Virus record (IMG/VR): IMGVR_UViG_3300012973_000440
Coordinates: 1 to 5,671 of that record
Strand: one strand, 5' to 3'
Origin: a virus
DNA: 5,671 nt
A program made the translations under genes and the position numbers. The notes beneath the pieces are model-generated. The model was given only the letters and a program-made list of their open reading frames with translations, was not told where the DNA came from and made no database searches. Positions 1 through 4,999 of this stretch are shown piece by piece. Every line of letters starts with the position of its first letter. Positions within the stretch are counted from its first letter, which is position 1.

Positions 1-1527
1 AACTTCATCAATATAATATCTAACTGGTGTGCCATAGGTTGCGGCGACATATAAGATATTATACTCTGAAGCCAAATCATCATATTTGATAATAGCGGTA
101 GAGCTCGCTCCATCAATAATACCGTCTTCATAATACTCTGGTTTATAAGCATTTAGACTCAAAATATCTCGTAATCTTGTTCCACCAATTACATCAGATT
201 CACTTACAGTAATAAGAGTTGTAGCAATCGTGGAATAAGCAGAAGATAACTCTTGTTTATATCTTACGATAATGTTTTTGGTGCGAACCGCTTGAATCTC
301 TTCATAAACAATCATAATAGGAGCTGCTTGAGTTAAAGCATCAAGGCTAACTTCACCGTTGTAAGAGAAGTCTTCATCAAACTGATATCCTTCTGGTCTG
401 TGTGCCGCGATAGGAATAATATCGCTCAATAGAGGATTGTTCATAAACATTAAAGCATTAATATTAACTGTTTCTACTATTGGTTCAGTATTTAAATCTA
501 CAGTGTAATAATGAACAGTAATTGGATACTCAATAGGAGTATAATAAACTTGTAAAACGCCTTGGTTTAATACATCATCATAAGTTTGAAGACTAGACTC
601 ATTATAAAGTTTTCCATCTTCATAAGGAGCTGTGTGATACTTATTAAAATCAATGTTTAAATCAGTAAGAACATTAAAAGCTTCATTAAAACGCTCTTGA
701 TATTTAACCTGGATAGTAGCAGTGGTTAAGCGATACCAATCCGGATAAATACCCGCGTAATATTCTACAAATAAAGTATTAGTGGCTCTGGTGTAAATAA
801 CGCTATAAGCTACTTCCAAAGTGTCGTATGTGATTAATTCATCAGCATTATGGTCTTCAATATAACCAGAATTATAATAAGCCGGTGCTGGACGATAACC
901 TTCTACACTAATAATGTCTCCAAGTTTAGAGCCATCATATAAAGAAGCCTCAGTAACATTGACATACATTGAATTAATAGTTTCAAAAGAACCATCATCT
1001 TTTTCCACTTTGTAAGCTACTAAAACGTTTTTACTGCGGTCCACTTCAATCTTTTCATAGAAAACTGAAATAGGAGAGGCCGCAAGCAGATTTTCAAGAG
1101 TTACTTGTTTATCAAAATTAACTCTTGCTTTATATCCGACAGGGCGATAAGATTGAACATCTACTAATTGTCCAACTGTTTGATATTTTGCTAATTGTGG
1201 TTGTGTAAATGAAACTGTGCGAATTAACATCTCATTAAATATACCGGCACCATTGTCTAAATAATAATTAACCGTAATATTATATGACATTGGAGTATAA
1301 TTAATATTTAAAACCTAAATAGATTGTAAATTCTCATATGTTAATTCTAAATCTCCTAAATTAGTTACAACTCCAGGATTGTAATAATCAGGACGTAATC
1401 TATCAACATCAACGCCCAAATCATTAAATGTAATATTGTCTTTATCGAACATTGAAGCTCGGATAGGCACTGTTACAATTTCAATTAATGAAGTGGTGTC
1501 TTTATAATAGGCTACAGTTAGTTTAAA
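1..1527 (-). repeat. Diverged tandem protein-level repeats (period 81-84 aa) inside the Dit-like gene, with a higher-order ~250-aa three-repeat unit present twice
   Basis: Repeat starts on the minus strand are near 1527, 1284, 1032, 780, 528, 279 and 30. Each repeat opens with a x-V-x-Y-(Y/K) strand (LTVAYY, ITVNYY, VLVAYK, LFVEYY, ITVHYY, IIVRYK, PVRYY). Most contain a (Y/H)-(R/K)-P-x-(G/Y)-Y motif, and each ends in a h-x-V-x-Y strand. Repeats 2-3-4 pair with 5-6-7. For example, KNVLVAYK...GSKLGDIISVEGYRPAPAYY...ITYDTL matches KNIIVRYK...GTRLRDILSLNAYKPEYY...IKYDDL, and LLAASPISVFYEKIEVDRS matches LTQAAPIMIVYEEIQAVRT. Confidence 0.65.
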
Positions 1528-1929
1528 GGCGTTAGTCATATTTGCGTTTGTAGTATAAATTTCACGCTGTCCTTTGGCATAACCACTAGACAAAGTATAT
1601 GATACTACAAAATTACCATTTTTTAACCGAGTTGGCTCTCCTGTGTCAACAATATTAACATCAAAAAAGAAATTTAAATCATCGAATTTAATGGTCGCTT
1701 TTTTAAGCATAGCGGTTAAGCGGCTTATACGTTTAAAAGCCTCTTCCTCGTCCTAGCAAAGCACTAAAAATTCTAATTTAATCTTTTTAAAGCGGTCTTG
1801 CTGACGAATAAAAGTAGGCTGAATGTCTCCATCCAACCACTCTTGGGCCGTGTCTATATCATTACTATATAATACGCGGTCGAAAAGCTAAATGCCAAGA
1901 GTATCTAATTCAATACCGTTTATTAACAT
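1..1929 (-). CDS. Distal tail protein (Dit)-like N-terminal domain fused to tandem ~83-aa MucBP/Ig-like adhesin repeats (probable baseplate adhesin or receptor-binding protein); 3'-partial; needs TAG read as sense
   Basis: ATG 1929-1927 lies 6 nt downstream of AAGGAGG (plus-strand 1936-1942). Hand translation of the minus strand is open for all 643 codons to the window edge, apart from three TAGs (1888-1890, 1753-1755, 1315-1317). The N-terminus MLINGIELDTLGI[TAG]LFDRV...DRFKKIKLEFLVLC[TAG]DEEEAFKRISRLTAMLKKATIKFDDLNFFFDV fits the siphovirus Dit (Sipho_tail) N-domain pattern from memory. Track ORF 1315..1710 is an internal fragment. ATG 1710 and ATG 1290 have no Shine-Dalgarno (SD) site. Confidence 0.7.
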
Positions 1930-1931
1930 TT

Positions 1932-2099
1932 TTAGCCTCCTTGTCTTTGAATTTCAAGTTCGATTTTATTTAATAGAATCGAAGTTGTGTCTTCTTTTGG
2001 AGTAGATGTTTGAGTCATTTTAGCCTATTTGTTTGCGGCTTCTTGTGCGGCCGCACTTAGTTGATTAGATAAAGTATCTAACAATTCTTCATAGTTCAT
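1932..2099 (-). CDS. Small (55 aa) probably helical protein of unknown function, in the position normally held by the tape measure gene
   Basis: ATG 2099-2097 with GGAGG at 2109-2113 (9-nt spacer); it overlaps the upstream TGA as ATGA. TAA at 1934-1932. One in-frame TAG (2025-2027). Sequence: MNYEELLDTLSNQLSAAAQEAANK[TAG]AKMTQTSTPKEDTTSILLNKIELEIQRQGG. No family recognised. Confidence 0.55.
1936..1942 (-). promoter_or_regulatory. Shine-Dalgarno site AAGGAGG for the Dit-like gene
   Basis: Plus-strand CCTCCTT, 6 nt upstream of ATG 1929. Confidence 0.7.
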
Positions 2100-2590
2100 T
2101 CGGTCAAACCTCCAATTTTTAAATTTTCAAAAGTTTGGTTACGTTCTTCAAGATTGCCTATTGTATACCCCAAATCTTTTGTTAGACGAATTAACTAGTC
2201 ATTATCACTACTTACTATAGCTATTTTTACTAAATTTGCTTCGGTTTCTTTTTTCCGAAGATAATTATTGTAAGCCCTCTTAATTTCTTGAGGAGTCATA
2301 GTCATACATTCTGTTGGTGACACGCCTATTTCTCCAACAGCCATAGAATATAACTCTTCAAGCTCTAATAAAGAGGGTGCCTCAGATGGCACCGAAAACA
2401 TTGTTAAATCATTGTTTTCAATAATTTCTTGAATGTCTTCGAATGTCACCCAAGGCTATAAGCTAATTAAAGCACAATATAGATGAAATGCTAAATTATT
2501 CTCTACATTATTTGATTTTTCGTGTAATAGGATTAACCCTTTTAGACCAAATTTGGTCTAAAAAATTTGTTTTTTAGTTTTAAAAATCAT
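2096..2590 (-). CDS. Tail assembly chaperone-like protein (gpG-like N-terminal part plus a possible gpT-like part in the same frame), 164 aa
   Basis: ATG 2590-2588 has only a weak purine-rich SD and overlaps the end of the major tail gene by 11 nt. TGA at 2098-2096. Three in-frame TAGs (2558-2560, 2456-2458, 2195-2197). Sequence: MIFKTKKQIF[TAG]TKFGLKGLILLHEKSNNVENNLAFHLYCALISL[TAG]PWVTFEDIQ...SSDND[TAG]LIRLTKDLGYTIGNLEERNQTFENLKIGGLTE. Its position directly after the major tail gene and the F-G-L-K-x-L-x-x-L / Y-x-A-L pattern are typical of siphovirus chaperones (from memory). Track ORF 2195..2449 (GTG start, no SD) is the middle fragment. Confidence 0.55.
2109..2113 (-). promoter_or_regulatory. 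Shine-Dalgarno site GGAGG for the 55-aa ORF
   Basis: Plus-strand CCTCC, 9 nt upstream of ATG 2099. Confidence 0.65.
2540..2563. repeat. Perfect 24-nt palindrome (potential 10-bp stem with 4-nt loop) at the major tail / chaperone gene junction
   Basis: TTTTAGACCAAATTTGGTCTAAAA is its own reverse complement; every pair 2540/2563 through 2551/2552 was checked. It starts 17 nt downstream (mRNA sense) of the major tail gene stop, lies inside chaperone codons 10-17, and includes that gene's first TAG (2558-2560). Its function is unknown. Confidence 0.5.
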
Positions 2591-2987
2591 TGTAACGTTC
2601 TTTCTCTAGGGGGCCGGTGCCCAATAGCTTAAGATTATATTTAAATTCTTTATTAAATATAGCAGAGGTAGGGAAGTCTACCAATAGAGCAGAACCATTA
2701 TAAGTATTTGAACCAATAGTAAAGGAAACTTTCACAGTTTTATTTTCCATAAAACAATCTTCTAAGGTTTGTAATGCGTCATCGTCAATAACATATAAGC
2801 CTTGGCAAGTAATATTCCAAGTTTTTATACCTGATAGACTTTCGCCCCAGTCTCCATTAATTCTGTTGGTAATATCTATAATTTGAGCTTTTCGTTCTAA
2901 TACAGCTCCTTGTTGACCACCCAGAGGTTTTCCGTCAATGGAAATGATAACATCAATACTTTTTACTAAATTATTGAACTATGTCAT
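2580..2987 (-). CDS. Major tail protein, TP901-1/phi13-like family, 135 aa
   Basis: ATG 2987-2985 with AAGGAGGT at 2996-3003 (8-nt spacer). TAA at 2582-2580. TAG is codon 3 (2979-2981). Verified codon by codon: MT[TAG]FNNLVKSIDVIISIDGKPLGGQQGAVLERKAQIIDITNRINGDWGESLSGIKTWNITCQGLYVIDDDALQTLEDCFMENKTVKVSFTIGSNTYNGSALLVDFPTSAIFNKEFKYNLKLLGTGPLEKERYNDF. The layout G-G-Q-x-x-x-x-L...ID-x-T...W-x-E...G-x-K-(S/T)-W...Y-x-G-x-A...L-x-G-T-G-x-L matches that family from memory. The gene is missing from the standard-code track because of the codon-3 TAG. Confidence 0.8.
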
Positions 2988-3378
2988 CTTCGTTTACCTC
3001 CTTTTGGCTTTGTCCTAGAAGAAAATCGAATACAACTACGCCGTGTTTTTTTACTGGTCCAGTCGACCTATCATCTAAAATTTTAAAGGTCTTTTGATAC
3101 GCATAAAGTAATTCTGGCATATCCGCAACTAAACTTTGTAAATTATTATTTATATCCTCTACAATATCTATGATTTCTAATTCACCATTATAAGTAGAAA
3201 ATATATCTAGTGTTAAACTCACAGCATCGACCTTTAAATCGAAACTATTGAGTTTCGTCGCATTACCTAAACGAAGCATTAACCAAGGAAATTTCTCATT
3301 GTATGTTCCATTATCGGTAATGTTATATTCTAAATCTTTTATTAAAGAATAAAAGCGTTCTTTAATTTTTTTAATCAT
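2971..3378 (-). CDS. Tail terminator / tail completion-like protein, 135 aa
   Basis: Track ORF. ATG 3378-3376 with AAGGAGAG at 3384-3391 (5-nt spacer). TAA at 2973-2971. No TAG. It overlaps the major tail gene start by 17 nt. The call rests on size, position immediately upstream of the major tail gene, and alternating beta-strand-like segments (FPWLMLRLG, VSLTLDIFS, HGVVVFDFLL). It is based on position and pattern only. Confidence 0.5.
   Translation of the reverse strand: MIKKIKERFYSLIKDLEYNITDNGTYNEKFPWLMLRLGNATKLNSFDLKVDAVSLTLDIFSTYNGELEIIDIVEDINNNLQSLVADMPELLYAYQKTFKILDDRSTGPVKKHGVVVFDFLLGQSQKEVNEDDIVQ
2996..3003 (-). promoter_or_regulatory. Shine-Dalgarno site AAGGAGGT for the major tail protein gene
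   Basis: Plus-strand ACCTCCTT, 8 nt upstream of ATG 2987. Confidence 0.75.
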
Positions 3379-3380
3379 TT

Positions 3381-3584
3381 TTACTCTCCTTTCGGAGCAG
3401 GAACTAAAGTATAGGCTTCAATTGTGTCTCGTTTAGTTAGAAATAAAAACTTCACATAAAGATGGTCCTAAACTTGAATTTCTTGCCCGTTTTCATCGGT
3501 TTGAGTAATATAATGAGGAATTGCCCAATCATATACATAACCGGCAGGTGCCTCATATTTAGTCATTCTATTTGAAAAGGCCAT
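3381..3584 (-). CDS. Hypothetical protein, 67 aa
   Basis: ATG 3584-3582 with GGAGGA at 3591-3596 (6-nt spacer). TAA at 3383-3381. One in-frame TAG (3468-3470). Sequence: MAFSNRMTKYEAPAGYVYDWAIPHYITQTDENGQEIQV[TAG]DHLYVKFLFLTKRDTIEAYTLVPAPKGE. No family recognised. Absent from the standard-code track. Confidence 0.6.
3384..3391 (-). promoter_or_regulatory. Shine-Dalgarno site AAGGAGAG for the tail-terminator-like gene
   Basis: Plus-strand CTCTCCTT, 5 nt upstream of ATG 3378. Confidence 0.65.
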
Positions 3585-3590
3585 TTCGGT

Positions 3591-3596
3591 TCCTCC
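3591..3596 (-). promoter_or_regulatory. Shine-Dalgarno site GGAGGA for the 67-aa ORF
   Basis: Plus-strand TCCTCC, 6 nt upstream of ATG 3584. Confidence 0.7.
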
Positions 3597-4211
3597 TTAA
3601 GTTATAATAATATCTGGGACATAGGGCACACCGTGGCCCCCGCCGCCCCTAAGACCACCACTTCCACTTCGGAAATCGTGTCCTGTAATAGCTTGAATAA
3701 AAGTCACAATAAGAGCAACAACGATTGCCGCCAATATCATTCCAACGAAACCGGCCAAGCCACCGCCTCGTCCGAAGCCTAAACCAGGGCCTTGCCCTCG
3801 TCCGCCTCGCTCCATTGCCATACGCTATTCTTCTTCCTCGGCTTCAAGAAGCATTTCTTCCTCGGCTTGAGCTTCATCCACAGCCTAATCCCATAAAGGT
3901 GCGGCCGCCGCTAATGCCGCCGCAATGGCTGGCTCAAAGTAGGGCTAAGAAGGACAGCACCAAGTGCCATACTCTACATATTGAGCATATTCGCAAATGG
4001 TTTCAGCACGACAGCTGGTCTCATCACAGTCAGCTTCCAAGGTAGAACGGAGATAGCCTGTGTCTACTGGCACAAGCTATCTCGATACCTCTAAAAAAGT
4101 TTCTACAAAAGCTTGACAGCCTAAGCTATAATCAGGATAAATATTATATTCTTCTGTGGAATCAATATAGCCAAAATCATCGACGACATCAAATTCACAC
4201 AAAAGTCCCAT
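3597..4211 (-). CDS. HK97 gp10-family neck/tail-completion protein with an acidic linker and a Gly/Arg-rich transmembrane C-terminal extension, 204 aa
   Basis: ATG 4211-4209 (TAATG overlap with the upstream stop; AAGGAG at 4223-4228). TAA at 3599-3597. Four in-frame TAGs (4077-4079, 3945-3947, 3885-3887, 3825-3827). The segment ...FLEVSR[TAG]LVPVDTGYLRSTLEADCDETSCRAETICEYAQYVEYGTWCCPS[TAG]PYFEPAIAAA... carries the P-V-D-T-G-x-L-R-x-S ... Y-A-x-Y-V-E-(F/Y)-G-T ... P-(F/Y)-x-x-P-A signature of the HK97 gp10 family (PF04883/TIGR01725, from memory). The C-terminal 74 aa equal track ORF 3597..3821. Confidence 0.75.
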
Positions 4212-4453
4212 TATTTATGATACTCCTTCAGTTCGTGTATTTCATTTTCAATATTTTCTATGTGTTCTTCTACAACACTTTCTTTGCGTTCAAGCTCATA
4301 AGTTCTTTCAATTAGATTATTGTGTTTATTTACTTTTTGCTCTAATTGTTCTAATCGATAATTAATTAATTTGCTTGAGGCGATTACGCCAATGGCAGAA
4401 CCAATAATAGTTCCAAGAAATCCAATTAGGGCAATTATAATACCTTCTGTCAT
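4211..4453 (-). CDS. Small membrane-anchored coiled-coil protein, 80 aa, function unknown
   Basis: Track ORF. ATG 4453-4451 with AAGGAGGT at 4463-4470 (9-nt spacer). TAA at 4213-4211. No TAG. An N-terminal hydrophobic helix (GIIIALIGFLGTIIGSAIGVIASS) is followed by a charged heptad-like segment (LEQLEQKVNKHNNLIERTYELERKESVVEEHIENIENEIHELKEY). Confidence 0.7.
   Translation of the reverse strand: MTEGIIIALIGFLGTIIGSAIGVIASSKLINYRLEQLEQKVNKHNNLIERTYELERKESVVEEHIENIENEIHELKEYHK
4223..4228 (-). promoter_or_regulatory. Shine-Dalgarno site AAGGAG for the HK97 gp10-like gene
   Basis: Plus-strand CTCCTT, 11 nt upstream of ATG 4211. Confidence 0.55.
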
Positions 4454-4462
4454 TTTTGCTTT

Positions 4463-4470
4463 ACCTCCTT
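4463..4470 (-). promoter_or_regulatory. Shine-Dalgarno site AAGGAGGT for the membrane coiled-coil gene
   Basis: Plus-strand ACCTCCTT, 9 nt upstream of ATG 4453; it overlaps the upstream TAA stop. Confidence 0.75.
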
Positions 4471-4999
4471 ATCCAGCTATATAGATGAAGACGCCATTTG
4501 GGCCTACCTAATAATTACTTTTACCAGTAACGGTAATCGTTTTTGCTTCAGTATCGACCACATATGTTACTGATGGACTTAGGTCTCCAAATACGCTTCC
4601 GTCAGAATATCCAGTTAAGTTTTTTAATCCACTACTAATCGAATTACTGCCGTATTTTCTGGTCTATGCCGCTCCTTTAGAAGAATCTAATAGAGGAGAA
4701 AAAGTATAATAATCAGATTTTCCAGCGGTTGTTGACGTAGAATTATAACTTCCTGCTAAAAATAACATCCAATTCGCTTTCTATACATCAGATATATAAG
4801 AAGATACGTCAAATGTATAGGTATAAGCTCCATTGGCCGTGCCTGTAATAGCAGCCCAATTTAATTCACCACCAGAAGGTAGATTAGTAATAGCTGTTGC
4901 CATATCCAAAGGGCCAAGTAAATCTGTAGTTCCATTTTTTTCTCGAATTGCGTTGCCAATAGATGACAATGTGCTTTCTTCTATAAATACTTTACTCAT
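4469..4999 (-). CDS. Fiber-like structural protein, 176 aa
   Basis: ATG 4999-4997 (TAATG overlap with the upstream stop; GAGGAGGG at 5009-5016). TAA at 4471-4469. Three in-frame TAGs (4781-4783, 4664-4666, 4508-4510). The N-terminus ESTLSSIGNAIREKNGTTDLLGPLDMATAITNL resembles the L-x-x-I-(A/G)-x-A-I-R-x-K-x-G ... M-A-x-x-I motif that I recall at the N-termini of phage fiber or receptor-binding-type proteins. The C-terminal part is rich in Ser, Thr, Gly and Tyr. Track ORF 4781..4999 is the N-terminal fragment. Confidence 0.6.

Noticed and set aside
1315-1710. Track ORFs 1315..1710, 2195..2449, 4781..4999 and 5425..5643 as independent genes
   Set aside because: Each is a fragment of a longer same-frame reading frame bounded by TAG. 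Three of the four apparent starts (ATG 1710, GTG 2449, GTG 5643) lack an SD site and lie inside continuous protein-like sequence. ATG 4999 is a real start, but the gene continues past TAG 4781 to TAA 4469.
2096-2098. TGA reassignment (code 4) or general loss of stop codons
   Set aside because: TGA never occurs in frame inside any of the 10 genes. It occurs once as a terminator in a classic ATGA stop/start overlap. Trp is encoded by TGG throughout.
2246-2257. A6 run (cgg aaa aaa gaa on the mRNA) as the -1 frameshift site of a G/GT chaperone pair
   Set aside because: It is not in X-XXY-YYZ register with the zero frame. The -1 frame closes at TGA after 14 codons and the +1 frame at TAA after 6 codons (each including one TAG), so no meaningful extension would be produced.
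2540-2563. The palindrome as an intrinsic terminator of the minus-strand operon
   Set aside because: On the minus strand the hairpin is followed by GGGTTAATCC, not a U-tract, and it lies inside a coding region with coupled genes downstream. It is kept only as a structural element of unknown function.
3597-3821. Stand-alone 74-aa Gly-rich membrane protein
   Set aside because: This is not fully excluded, because a weak GAGGAA lies upstream of ATG 3821. However, it is in the same frame as the gp10-like gene and separated from it only by TAG 3825-3827, which is sense everywhere else in the window. It is therefore annotated as the C-terminal extension and flagged as a finding.
3725-4045. 106-aa plus-strand ORF in the supplied track
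   Set aside because: It is antisense to the GC-rich part of the HK97 gp10-like gene. Its Pro/Leu/Arg-rich translation is the typical shadow of Gly/Ala/Glu codons on the other strand. It has no SD site and no family resemblance, and every other gene in the window is on the minus strand.
3600-4080. GC-rich island as horizontally inserted or mobile DNA
   Set aside because: The segment is in frame within a single gene, has no flanking repeats or integrase/transposase, and its composition is explained by Ala/Gly/Arg/Pro/Glu-rich coding. The collagen tract shows the same effect.
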